DNA of 64,000 nt from Desulfobacterales bacterium (GTDB taxonomy: Bacteria > Desulfobacterota > Desulfobacteria > Desulfobacterales > UBA5852): contig CAXXVS010000001.1 of the NCBI GenBank assembly GCA_963674755.2, positions 1,184,001 to 1,248,000 of the forward strand. The letters run 5' to 3'. The translations under genes were made by a program, and so were the position numbers. Under the pieces are notes generated by a model. The model ran no database searches. It was not told the origin of the DNA and saw only the letters and a program-made list of their open reading frames with translations. Below are positions 9,193 to 20,307 of the stretch, piece after piece. Each line of letters opens with the position of its first letter. Position 1 is the first letter of the stretch.

Positions 9193-9428
9193 GAATGTCC
9201 GGACCTTTTTTTAAGCGCGCGCACGATACCGCCGTTTAGGGCGTAGTAGCCGAGATCTTCCCGTGTCTTCTCCCAAGGCGCGGCTTGGGGATCGTAGCCC
9301 AGATGGTCCCGACAGACCAGGGCGCGGGAAATCATCTGGTTGAATGAATAAAAACCGTCATCCATGTTGTCCCTGCCCCACATGGCTTCGGGCGGCGTGT
9401 ATCCCAGACAGTGTGAGTTCCTTTCCAT
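9189..9428 (-). CDS. Small hypothetical protein (79 aa)
   Basis: Strong AGGAGG RBS shortly upstream of ATG, downstream of a sigma54-like promoter. Its stop overlaps the next gene. No family recognised. Confidence 0.6.
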   Translation of the reverse strand: MERNSHCLGYTPPEAMWGRDNMDDGFYSFNQMISRALVCRDHLGYDPQAAPWEKTREDLGYYALNGGIVRALKKRSGHS

Positions 9429-9479
9429 CGTTTCCCTCCTTTTGGGCGATTATGGAAAAATGCTATAAGGCATGAATAT

Positions 9480-9495
9480 AACAAGTTTTGTGCCA
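9480..9495 (-). promoter_or_regulatory. sigma54 -24/-12 promoter element
   Basis: Minus strand reads TGGCACAAAACTTGTT versus consensus TGGCACG-N4-TTGCW (GT instead of GC at -12). It lies about 50 nt upstream of ATG 9428, next to a divergent sigma54 activator gene. Confidence 0.6.
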
Positions 9496-9606
9496 GCATT
9501 GTTACCTTGACAGGAGTCCCCGATATCAAAGCAAAGAATCTTTGAGCTTTTGTTTCGCAACCGCTATGGTACCCTGATGAATCGTCATAGTATGCCCATA
9601 ATCCGG

Positions 9607-9624
9607 TCATTGTATGTACAATGA
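9607..9624. promoter_or_regulatory. Palindromic operator / candidate upstream activating sequence
   Basis: TCATTGTA-TG-TACAATGA, a perfect 8-bp inverted repeat about 120 bp upstream of the -24 box. Confidence 0.55.
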
Positions 9625-9646
9625 ACGCTCCCATAAGGAGGTTGAA

Positions 9647-11105
<1,459 letters not shown>

Positions 11106-11134
<29 letters not shown>

Positions 11135-12086
11135 TCGGGCCTGCGATCCTGCGGGAAGCGGCCTTGCGGTTCGCCGCCCAGCGGGCGGAGGCCTCCTGTT
11201 GCAGGCTTTTTTCGATTTTGGCCGAATAGTTGATGGGTGCGTGGTCGACCAGAAATTCTGGCGGATTATACCAGCGCTCACCGAGGGCCGACATGGAGAG
11301 CCGGCCGCTCTCAAAGCAGTTGGCCGGTTCGCCGCCCGGTTCCATTTCACAGATGCGGCCTTTGCGGTCGATATGCACCATGCGACCGGCGGCGCAGAAC
11401 GACAGCAGCCGGGTCGACGGCGGCAGGTCGGCAACTACGTCGCGGCCGTTGACCAGGCGATAAATGGGCACGGCTGCCATGCGGGTCGCAAATCCCGCAT
11501 CCCCCACACGGGGAGCCCCGATGGCGTAAACCGCCTGGGGAGGATGATACCAGGCGGCCAGTTGGGCCAGGGCCCCCCCCATGCTGTGGCCGGTCATGAA
11601 AAGCGGTTCCGTCAGGTTGGCAAGCTGGGGCTGAAGGTCCTGCCAGACCTGGTGGAGCGCTTCCACGAATCCCCGGTGGACGACGGTGCGGGGGGCCAAC
11701 CTTTCGGGACGGACATCCAGATCGAGAAACCAGTTGCGCAAACCCGTCGTCCCCCGGAAAACCAGAACAGCGAAAGGCGGCCGGTGGTGAGGCAAGGTGC
11801 GGATCAGGGCGCACTGGGTTTCCTGGCGGTTCAAAAACAGGGCTTCCCGCAAGCCGACCCGCGCCAGAATGTCGTTACGGGAGGGGCCGTCCAGGAAGGC
11901 GCCTTCTTCCCCCCCGCTGCGACGGTAGATGAGGCGCGCCATCTCACTGAGCCAAAACGCGTTCGCCAGATTGAAGGTGCGCGCGTGGGGCGTAAACGGC
12001 GGCAGACGCTCCATGGTGAAGTGGTCGCAGGCGGTCCCCGGCCGTGTGAGGCCTTTCCAGCTGCTATCCGTATCCAAGGTTTTCAT
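11106..12086 (-). CDS. Lipase class 3 family protein
   Basis: 'VFRGT', 'VHRGF', nucleophile motif 'TGHSMGGALA', 'GAPRVGD', 'VNGRDVV', 'DH'. AGGAG RBS before ATG 12086. Confidence 0.88.
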
Positions 12087-12169
12087 AGGGGTCACTCCTG
12101 GGGCATGGCAATAGGCGTCCGGCCGTTAAACGAATGCCGGACGCAAGCGTTCAAGCGTTTATCATGGGG

Positions 12170-12985
12170 CTATAGGGCGGCAACAAACTTAGCGATTGCA
12201 CCACGGACCCGCCCGGGGGCCTCCCGATGGGGGATATGGCCACAGCCGGGAATGAATAGCGGGGTGGCCCGGGGGCCGATGCCGGCCACGATGGCCTCCA
12301 CCTGGCGCGGAGAGCCGTATTGATCCTCAAGACCCTGGATGATCAAGGCCGGACATCGAATCCGCCCGAGGTAATCTTCTATATTCCAGTCCTGAAAAGC
12401 GGCCGACAACCAGGTGTCGGCCCAGGCGCAAAAGAGTCCTCGCGTCCGATCACCATGGTAACGGGTCAGCCGTTTTTCAAGGCCCTGTGGTTCATAGGAC
12501 GCCAGGGCTTCACGGATGCCCTGGCGGGTAATCGATTCCACGAATACATGGGCGGCTTCGGTGACGATGCCGGTCACTTTTGCGGGGCAGGCCGCCGCCG
12601 CCAGCAGGGCAATCGATCCGCCGTCGCTGTGGCCGATCAGGAGGGCCTGGTCGATTTGCAGCCGTGTCAAAAGCTTTGGCAGAACAATCTCGGCTTCCCG
12701 GTGCAGGTAGGACTTATCCCGGGGTTGATCCGGCATCCGGGAGGAGCGCCCATATCCGGCGCGATCGTAAACGATCGCCGGCCGCCCGGTGTCGGTTGCC
12801 ACTTGGGCGGGGAAGTCGTGCCACATGGCCGTGCATCCCAATGCTTCGTGCAGGAAAACAAGATGCGGGCCGGGAGCGGTGTGGTGAGGGACCAGGCGGC
12901 GGTAAAACAGGCGCTGTTCCCCAATCGTCAGGGTGCCTTCTTCGACCGCCGGGGCATCGGCGTCGGACGTGGATGCGGTAATCAT
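12170..12985 (-). CDS. Alpha/beta hydrolase
   Basis: 'FLHEALG', 'YDRAGYGRS', 'GHSDGGSIAL', 'IQGLEDQYG', 'GHIPHRE'. Start trimmed to ATG 12985 because the upstream extension runs through a repeat element. Confidence 0.88.
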   Translation of the reverse strand: MITASTSDADAPAVEEGTLTIGEQRLFYRRLVPHHTAPGPHLVFLHEALGCTAMWHDFPAQVATDTGRPAIVYDRAGYGRSSRMPDQPRDKSYLHREAEIVLPKLLTRLQIDQALLIGHSDGGSIALLAAAACPAKVTGIVTEAAHVFVESITRQGIREALASYEPQGLEKRLTRYHGDRTRGLFCAWADTWLSAAFQDWNIEDYLGRIRCPALIIQGLEDQYGSPRQVEAIVAGIGPRATPLFIPGCGHIPHREAPGRVRGAIAKFVAAL

Positions 12986-13031
12986 GGGTGAAGCGCTCCA
13001 ACGATTGGCGTACGGTACGGATATTATCTTA

Positions 13032-13213
13032 GTGCCTATCCCTAAATGGCATCTTTTGGTCTCTGGCCCGCCGCCGGTATACCAATCCACCTTTGGCGGA
13101 CAAGCCGGCCTTCTCGCCTCGTGTCGGTCCTTGGCGTAGCCGGGCGGCGCCTGTGGGCGCCCGTCGGCTGCGGCCTTGCCCGAAACCAAAATCCACCATC
13201 GATGGATGGGCAC
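13032..13213. mobile_element. MITE-like non-autonomous element
   Basis: Terminal inverted repeats GTGCCTATCC / GGATGGGCAC (9/10), flanked by direct repeat TATCTTA (13025-13031 and 13214-13220). A second related copy is at ~759-890. Confidence 0.7.
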
Positions 13214-13298
13214 TATCTTAACAGGTTTTTTCCCGGCGGGACAACTCTCATGATGCGGCCGTGTTTGTTTCGCATCGGATTTGTGCTATCCGGTGGCC

Positions 13299-14039
13299 AT
13301 GGAATACTGCTATCGCGCCATCGGCATCGTGCACTCCTGTTTCAAGGAAAAATTCGGCATTCCGCGGCAGGCCGGCCTCGTGCCGGATGCCTGCGGTACC
13401 CTGGAACTCTTCGCCCCCTTCAACCGGCGCGAGTATCTGGAGGGGCTGGAAGGGTTTTCCCATATCTGGCTGCAGTATGTGCTGCACGCCGCCGTCCTGG
13501 CGCCCCGCAAAAGCAAGGTGCGCCCGCCGCGCCAGGGGGGCAATCAGCGCCTGGGGGTTTTCAGCACGCGTTCCAATTTCCGCCCCAACGCCCTGGGGCT
13601 TTCCGCCGTAAGACTGGAGAGAATTGTCCACAATGGCCGCGGGATGCAGCTGCAGCTGAAGGGTATCGATATTCTCGACCAGACGCCCGTGCTGGATATC
13701 AAACCCTATCTGCCTTATGCGGATTGCCATCCCCAGGCCCTGGGGGGGTTCGCCCATAAGCGGCCCCAAGCCGTCCTGCGGGTTCGGTTAGGCGCCCGGG
13801 CACGGGTCGTCTTGCGGCGGCTGGCTGATCGTGACTGCCGCCAATTGACCCGCCTGCTGGTACAGGTTCTGAGCCTGGATCCGCGACCGGCTTATGCGGC
13901 CAGGATGGATCGCCAGCGGGATTACGGCATGCATCTGCTCGACTGGAACGTTCGCTGGCGGGTGGAAGACGCCACGGCGCTCGTGACCGGCCTGGAACCC
14001 CATCCGGCCGGTCGGCCTGCCGGATCTGAAAACCCCTGA
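13299..14039 (+). CDS. trmO: tRNA (t6A37)-N6-methyltransferase TrmO (TsaA/YaeB), full-length form
   Basis: 'FKEKFGIPRQAGL', 'KVRPPRQGGN.RLGVFSTRSNFRPN', 'TPVLDIKPYLPYAD', and C-terminal 'VLSLDPRPAY' domain. Confidence 0.88.
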   Translation: MEYCYRAIGIVHSCFKEKFGIPRQAGLVPDACGTLELFAPFNRREYLEGLEGFSHIWLQYVLHAAVLAPRKSKVRPPRQGGNQRLGVFSTRSNFRPNALGLSAVRLERIVHNGRGMQLQLKGIDILDQTPVLDIKPYLPYADCHPQALGGFAHKRPQAVLRVRLGARARVVLRRLADRDCRQLTRLLVQVLSLDPRPAYAARMDRQRDYGMHLLDWNVRWRVEDATALVTGLEPHPAGRPAGSENP

Positions 14040-14079
14040 CGGGTGAGCCGTAGCGGAAATCCATTTTAAGGAGTTAGCA

Positions 14080-15468
14080 ATGTTCGACCCCATCGTCTAC
14101 CGCCGGCGTCGTGAGGTGCTCAGAGAAACCGTTCGTGACGGTATCGTGCTGTTGCCCGGTCTGGACCCAAGCCCGATCAATTTTGCCGCCAACCCTTATC
14201 CCTTCCGCCAGGACAGCAGTTTGCTCTATTACACCGGCCTGAACGGACCGGGAAGCACCCTCTTGATCGACATCGACGCGGCCCGGGAAACCCTTTACGG
14301 TGTTGACTCCAGCCTGGACGACGTTATCTGGAGCGGGCCGTCGCCCTTGCTGCCGGAGCTTGCCGCGGCGGCCGGTATCGGGATCACCGGCGCGCCGGCA
14401 CAACTGGCGGCCGTGATTCAACAGGCCCACGACGCCGGCCGGACCGTTCATTACCTCCCGCCCTACCGGCCGGATCAGGTGCTGGCACTGGCGCGTCTGC
14501 TGGGGGTGCCCCCGAATCGGGTCAATGCCGGTGCCTCAGCGGCCCTGATCCGGGCCGTGGTTTCCCAGCGCGCCGTAAAATCGCCGGCTGAGGTGGCGGA
14601 GATCGAATCGGCCCTGGGGCTGACCCGCAAGCTTTTCCAGGCCCTGGTGCGGCACCTGCCACAGGAGAATACGGGCATCGGGCTGGCCGGCATTCTGGAG
14701 GGGCTCGCCCGCTCCAACGGCAGCCGGTTGGCTTTCCCACCGATCATCACCAGCCGCGGCGAGATTCTGCACAGCGCCCCGGACAACCAGCCCTTGCCGG
14801 CCGGCGGACTCCTGCTGATGGACATCGGTGCCGAATCCCGGGAGTATTATGCTTCGGACATCACCCGCACCCTGCCGGTCAGCGGCCGGTTTACCACGCG
14901 CCAAAAAGACATTTACGAAATCGTTCTGGCCACTCAGAAAACAGCCGCGGAACAGGCCGCGCCCGGTGTGCGTTTCAGGGATGTGCATTTGAAGGCCGCT
15001 GCCACGCTTTGCGAGGGGCTCCGTGACCTCGGGCTGATGAAAGGGGCCGTGGAGGATGCGGTGCGGGAAGGCGCCCACGCCCTGTTTTTCCCCCACGGCC
15101 TGGGGCATATGCTGGGGCTCGACGTCCATGATATGGAATCGTTGGGCGAAGACAACGTGGGCTACGATCGTGAGACGATCCGCTCGGATCAATTCGGATT
15201 GTCCGCCCTCAGGTTGGGACGCCGGCTGGAGGTGGATTTCGTGGTGACGGTGGAGCCCGGGATTTACTTCATCCCCGCCCTGATCGATCGGTGGCGTCAA
15301 GATGGCCGCTGGACGTCGTTTATCGCTTTTGACAAACTATCCGCCTATCGTCGCTTCGGTGGTATCCGCATCGAAGATGTGATTCATATCATGCCCCGGG
15401 GCAGCCGCTTTCTGGGCCCGATGATCCCCAAGTCCGCCGCTACGCTGGAGGCCGCTTGCCAGTCCTGA
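14080..15468 (+). CDS. Xaa-Pro aminopeptidase (M24B)
   Basis: 'FRQDSS.LYYTG', 'DIGAE..YASDITRT', 'HGLGHMLGLDVHD', 'TVEPGIY', 'GGIRIED'. Confidence 0.92.
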   Translation: MFDPIVYRRRREVLRETVRDGIVLLPGLDPSPINFAANPYPFRQDSSLLYYTGLNGPGSTLLIDIDAARETLYGVDSSLDDVIWSGPSPLLPELAAAAGIGITGAPAQLAAVIQQAHDAGRTVHYLPPYRPDQVLALARLLGVPPNRVNAGASAALIRAVVSQRAVKSPAEVAEIESALGLTRKLFQALVRHLPQENTGIGLAGILEGLARSNGSRLAFPPIITSRGEILHSAPDNQPLPAGGLLLMDIGAESREYYASDITRTLPVSGRFTTRQKDIYEIVLATQKTAAEQAAPGVRFRDVHLKAAATLCEGLRDLGLMKGAVEDAVREGAHALFFPHGLGHMLGLDVHDMESLGEDNVGYDRETIRSDQFGLSALRLGRRLEVDFVVTVEPGIYFIPALIDRWRQDGRWTSFIAFDKLSAYRRFGGIRIEDVIHIMPRGSRFLGPMIPKSAATLEAACQS

Positions 15469-15528
15469 ACGACACGCCGCGCGGGGCGGTTTGCGCCGAT
15501 CCTATCACCGGATTGGGCGGCCCCGCTT

Positions 15529-16701
15529 TCATTGGGCCGCCTCCCCGGTACCCAGCCCCCGCAACCCGATCCACAGGGGAACCAGCAGCATGATGGCGCC
15601 GATACCGGCCACCCCGGGCCAGGCAAACGCTTCATAGACCATTCCGCTGGCAGTAATGCCGCAGCTGCCGCCGGCATAGTAGAAAAGTACATACAGGGCG
15701 TTGGCCCGCCCGCGACTGGACACCAGATTCCGGTTGAGCCAGCCGGCTGCGGCGGCATGAACGGTGAAAAAGCCGGCGCAAATGCCCACCAGACCGATGA
15801 TGACGATCCATAAGGAAGGATAGAGGGTGGCCCCCAGTGAGAGGCCGAACGTGACCGCGCCCACCGCCATGGTGCGACCGTTGCCGAAGCGGTTGCTCAA
15901 CTGGCCGGACAGGGGCCCGATGACGATGCCCATCAGGTAGGCCAGATACATCAAGGTGATGGTGCGGGTGGGCGCATTGAAAAGGGGACCGGAAAGGTAA
16001 AACGGCAGGTAGTTGAAGATCGACGAAAATACGAAAAAGGCGCTGAACGCCACCAGGTAGTTTTTCCGCAAAGGCGGTTGCATCAATAATTGCAGGAAAC
16101 CCAGGGTGGCCGCGGGACCTCCCCGGGTGGCCTTTTCGCGCGGCAGCCAGCGCCAGGCCGTCCCGCAGGCGGCGGCGACCAGTATCGAGGCGGCCGCAAA
16201 CGCCCAGCGCCAGCTGACGGCCGGATAGAAGAGACCGCCCAGAAGCCGGCCGCCCAAGCCCCCGGCGACCGTAGCGGCGACATAGGTTCCCATGACCACG
16301 TTTAGCCGCTCAGGCGGCAGGTGTCGCGACAGAAAGGCGGCCAGACAGGTGGTCAGGGCCGGGATAAAGAGACCCTGGACGAAACGGGCCGCTACCAGGC
16401 CCTGAAAATCGCTGGTCAGGGCACATAGCGTGTTGCCGCCGACCACCATCAGTGCGCCGATCAGAATGATGGGCCGGATGCGCCAGCGGTCGGCCAAAGC
16501 GCCGAAGGGCAGGTTGGCGAGGGTAATGCCGAAGATAACGGCCGAGATCGTCATAGACGCCTGGGACGCGGAAACCCGGTAGCTCTGCTGGATTACCGGC
16601 AGCACCGGCTGGGTGATATAGATCGTCGTAAAGGCGGCTGAGACCAGGGCGAAGACACTGGCCTGCAGCCCATGCGATGAATCTGGTCGCGGTTTTGCCA
16701 T
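15529..16701 (-). CDS. MFS transporter (YnfM-like)
   Basis: About 12 hydrophobic segments, 'YITQPVLP', 'GALADRW', 'GGLGGRLLGG', 'ANALYVLFYYAGGS'. Confidence 0.88.
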   Translation of the reverse strand: MAKPRPDSSHGLQASVFALVSAAFTTIYITQPVLPVIQQSYRVSASQASMTISAVIFGITLANLPFGALADRWRIRPIILIGALMVVGGNTLCALTSDFQGLVAARFVQGLFIPALTTCLAAFLSRHLPPERLNVVMGTYVAATVAGGLGGRLLGGLFYPAVSWRWAFAAASILVAAACGTAWRWLPREKATRGGPAATLGFLQLLMQPPLRKNYLVAFSAFFVFSSIFNYLPFYLSGPLFNAPTRTITLMYLAYLMGIVIGPLSGQLSNRFGNGRTMAVGAVTFGLSLGATLYPSLWIVIIGLVGICAGFFTVHAAAAGWLNRNLVSSRGRANALYVLFYYAGGSCGITASGMVYEAFAWPGVAGIGAIMLLVPLWIGLRGLGTGEAAQ

Positions 16702-16956
16702 GTGCGAATAGGCCTCCTGAGCCCTATGATGCCCCGCATGCCCAAGCCGTTGGGCGGGTATCATGACGAGCAGGCCTCGGGTCGGAATCGTCCGGTCCCC
16801 GGATCGGTTTCAAGGGGAGCGGTGTTTCTCCAGGAGGTTTTTCTACCATAGGCCGCCTACCGACGATGGTAAAGGCCGAATAACGCAAACCGTATCTGCG
16901 GGAATCGCTTTGACGAGAAAATTTTCGGCCGGAGCGATCAACGGCGGTTGGCCGGT

Positions 16957-17235
16957 TCAGGGCTCTGGGGTGGATTCCCGCTCGGGAAAAATGGTTTCGA
17001 ACGCTACCGCGGCAATTTTTTCCAAGCAGTCATTGAGGGCTTCTTCTTCTGAGGTACCCGTCCCCTGGAATTCCTGTCGGGCGATGATATTGATAAGGTT
17101 GGGCACGGCCACGAAGGGGGACGCCAATTTTCCACGCAGGGCTTCATGAACGTCGATATAGAGCATGCGGCCGTCACGGATGAGATTGTAGCGTGTAACG
17201 CGCGTCAGGATAGGGTCGTCGGGGGAATCTGTCAT
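16957..17235 (-). CDS. Hypothetical protein with HicB-like motif
   Basis: GAAGGAG RBS. 'FVAVPNL...QGTGTSEEEALNDCLEKI' resembles the HicB N-terminal signature. Confidence 0.6.
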   Translation of the reverse strand: MTDSPDDPILTRVTRYNLIRDGRMLYIDVHEALRGKLASPFVAVPNLINIIARQEFQGTGTSEEEALNDCLEKIAAVAFETIFPERESTPEP

Positions 17236-17480
17236 CTAAACTCTCCTTCCGTTGGTCACAAGGCGTTGCTAGCGAAGGGGGCTGGCGGGGCAGACCCGTG
17301 GGACGCAGGCTCACCTGAGTGCGATGCCATCCGCGTTGTAAGCGGTGACAAGGTCTCTGCACGGTTACGGCGTTTCTTCGGGGCGGAGGTGATCGTCATT
17401 TTTCTGGCAGGAGCGGGTAAGGGACGTACCCAAGGCAGACAAGCAGGCCGATCATGGCCGGTGGCTAATTTCGGCCTCCC

Positions 17481-17846
17481 CTAGCGACGCGGTACTGGAG
17501 CGGTATCGTGGGTGAACTGCACGGCAATACCCCGGTCGTCATGCCAGACAACCCTGCCGTAGCGTTTGACATCCTGCCGGTTTTCGCCAAACGGCCCGGC
17601 CACAACCACCTCCTGGCCAACGGTGAAGCGCTGCCGGGTCTGGACATAGATACCGCCTTCGCTGACGTTCTTAATCGTTCCCTGAAAAAGTTCCCGGTTG
17701 GCCGCGAAGTGTGTTTCTTCCGAACAGGGTATCCGCGCATAGACCCGCGCTTCCTTATTACGCATTCGGCGGAAACCGCGCTCGAAGGCTTCATTAGGTG
17801 GGGTGGTTTGTTTTTTAGGGGCGGGATCGCCCTTGTAAGGCTTCAT
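17481..17846 (-). CDS. Stand-alone PilZ-domain protein
   Basis: RxxxR 'RVYAR', 'NVSEGG', 'GRVVW...GIAVQF'. Start uncertain. Confidence 0.8.
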   Translation of the reverse strand: MKPYKGDPAPKKQTTPPNEAFERGFRRMRNKEARVYARIPCSEETHFAANRELFQGTIKNVSEGGIYVQTRQRFTVGQEVVVAGPFGENRQDVKRYGRVVWHDDRGIAVQFTHDTAPVPRR

Positions 17847-18270
17847 TTGTCAGGTCCTGTCATCAGCCGTTTGCCGGGAACGGCCTGTGAGAGTCCTTCG
17901 ATCAATGCATATACCTCCAAAATACTGTTTTGGGGGGGCGCTGTCAACACGGTGGCTGTCCGGAGGGGCGCCGTACTCCAAATAAAGTACTATAAAAAAC
18001 GGGTGGTTGCCAACCATTGGGATGCCCTGATGCCGTTTAGGTGGGTCCGCCGGCGGGTTCCCGCCTCGGTCGGCCCCGAAGCCCTCTCTTCCTTCAGGCC
18101 GGATAGGACCTGCGGGGCCGGTCTTTGACCATGCGGTCAACTTTAAGTTGTCAATTGGGAATCGCTTTGATATTCTTATCCAATTAATCTAATGACTTCA
18201 ATGCGAGACGCACTCCGGGCGAACTTTCGTACCATGCTTGCGCATCGGAACCGATCAACCCGCTAACATT

Positions 18271-20223
18271 ATGATGAACGCGACGGCACCCCTCAAATTC
18301 GGAAAATACTGGCTGACGGATCGTATCGCCGTGGGCGGTATGGCTGAACTCTATCGCGGTAAAATTTCCGGCGAAGAGGGGTTCGAAAAAGCGGTGGCCG
18401 TCAAGAAGATCCTGCCCCATCTGTCCGAGGAAAAGGAGGCGGTTCGTTACTTCATCGACGAAGCCCGTCTGGCCGCTTTGTTGCAACATCCCAATATCAT
18501 ACAGATTTATGATTTCGGGCGGTTGGACGACAGCTATTTCATCGCCATGGAATACCTTTTCGGCAAGGATCTTAAAACCGTTTTGCAGACCGCCGAAAAA
18601 CGGGGCGTATCCCTCAGCCTGGAAAACGCCCTGCATATCGCGGTCGGCATTTGTTCGGGGCTCGATCATGCCCACAACATGAAAGACCTGCAAGGCCATC
18701 TGCTCAACATCATTCACCGCGATGTGAGTCCCCAGAATATCTTCCTGACCTATGACGGCCAGATCAAGATCATCGATTTCGGCATCGCCAAGGCCACCAG
18801 CCGGATTTCGCATACCCGCTCCGGTGTGATCAAGGGCAAGGTGGCCTACATGTCGCCGGAGCAGGCCGAGGGCCACGAAGTCGACCACCGCTCCGATATC
18901 TTTTCCGTGGGAATCCTGCTCTATGAGATGGTCACCGGGCGTTACATGTACGAAGGCGATGCCATGGACATCCTGTCCCAGGCGCGCGAGGCCCGCTTTA
19001 CGCGCGCGGAGCGCATTGTCCGGGATTTGCCCGAATGTCTGGTCGCCGTTCTCGACATGGCGCTCTCCAAGCATCCCGACGACCGCTACGATTCCTGCGG
19101 CGACATGCTTTCCGATCTTGAAGACTGCATCTATCACCTGAATTTTCGTCCCAGCGGACAGAAGCTTTCCCAGTTCATGAAAAGCCTCTTCGACACCGAG
19201 CTCAAGAGCGAGGAGATCAACATGGCCTGGGCCCTGCGGCGGGTTGAGCCACCGCCTGCCGACCACCATGGCGATCCGCCGGCCGGCTCCCATTATCAGG
19301 AGACCGTTATCCTGACGCCGGAAACCATGGCCGCCGATGCGCCTCCCGCTAAAAAGCGCTGGGTCTGGATCGCCGTTCTTTTGGTGCTCCTGGCAGCGGC
19401 GGGCGGCTTTTTCTACTACCGCCAGCCGGCGCCTAAAGACAATCCGGTGGTTATACGGGTTCCCATCACGGCAGATCACGATGGGGACGCCCAACCGCCG
19501 CGTCCGGCCGAAGCGGCCGGGAAGGGTGCCGGCCAGGCCGCCGACCGCGCCCCCGCGACGGCGCCCGTCGACCCCCAGATCGTCCAATGGCTTCAGGACG
19601 CGCAGGACAATCTGGACGCCTGGAACCTGACCGCTCCTAAAGGCCGCAATGCCTTTTACTATTACAAGGAAGTCCTTAAACGGGACCCGCAGAATAAGGC
19701 TGCCCGCCAGGGAATCCAGGATGTGGCCGAGCGCTATGCCCAGCTGGCCGAAAGGGAGCTGAGCCGCTCCCGCTATCAAAAGGCGTTGGATTATATTGCC
19801 ACGGGATTGTCCGTGGACGCTGAAAACCGTCGCTTGTGGTCCCTCAAGGAGCAGGTGAATCGGCGCATCGAGCAGGAGCAGCAGCGCGAGATTCAACGCC
19901 TTCTGGTACAGGCCAACGATTGCCTGAATGCCTACAAACTGACCAAGCCCAGCGAAGACAATGCCTTGTACTATTACCGTCGGGTCGAGAAACTCGATCC
20001 GGGCAACAAGGAAGCCCGTCGCGGCCGTGAAAAGATCGCCGAGCGTTATGCCCAGCTGGCGGAAAAAGAAATGAACAGTTTCTCTTATGACAACGCCCGC
20101 CGCTATATCGCCACGGGTTTGGATGTCGATCCGCACAACCCGCATTTGCTGGAGCTCAAGACCGAAGTCAACAAGCGGCTGGACCAGCGCCTGCTACGAA
20201 GCCTCAAAAACCTCTTCGACTGA
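18271..20223 (+). CDS. Membrane-anchored Hanks-type Ser/Thr protein kinase with TPR-like extracytoplasmic repeats
   Basis: 'GGMAELY', 'VAVKK', 'IHRDVSPQN', 'DFGIAK', 'YMSPEQ', TM segment 'WIAVLLVLLAAAGGFFYY', then two ~100-aa helical repeats. Confidence 0.92.
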   Translation: MMNATAPLKFGKYWLTDRIAVGGMAELYRGKISGEEGFEKAVAVKKILPHLSEEKEAVRYFIDEARLAALLQHPNIIQIYDFGRLDDSYFIAMEYLFGKDLKTVLQTAEKRGVSLSLENALHIAVGICSGLDHAHNMKDLQGHLLNIIHRDVSPQNIFLTYDGQIKIIDFGIAKATSRISHTRSGVIKGKVAYMSPEQAEGHEVDHRSDIFSVGILLYEMVTGRYMYEGDAMDILSQAREARFTRAERIVRDLPECLVAVLDMALSKHPDDRYDSCGDMLSDLEDCIYHLNFRPSGQKLSQFMKSLFDTELKSEEINMAWALRRVEPPPADHHGDPPAGSHYQETVILTPETMAADAPPAKKRWVWIAVLLVLLAAAGGFFYYRQPAPKDNPVVIRVPITADHDGDAQPPRPAEAAGKGAGQAADRAPATAPVDPQIVQWLQDAQDNLDAWNLTAPKGRNAFYYYKEVLKRDPQNKAARQGIQDVAERYAQLAERELSRSRYQKALDYIATGLSVDAENRRLWSLKEQVNRRIEQEQQREIQRLLVQANDCLNAYKLTKPSEDNALYYYRRVEKLDPGNKEARRGREKIAERYAQLAEKEMNSFSYDNARRYIATGLDVDPHNPHLLELKTEVNKRLDQRLLRSLKNLFD

Positions 20224-20307
20224 CCCACCGGAGCACTTGTGCGGCGGGAAACCGTCACCGGGGTTTCTTTTATCCATACGGGAATACACCAGCCCGGTAA
20301 GCTTGGC

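Noticed and set aside
17236..18270. Possible c-di-GMP riboswitch near PilZ genes
   Set aside because: A 'GGGACGCA' fragment occurs near 17300, but the GGCAAAC/GAAA tetraloop-receptor architecture is absent.
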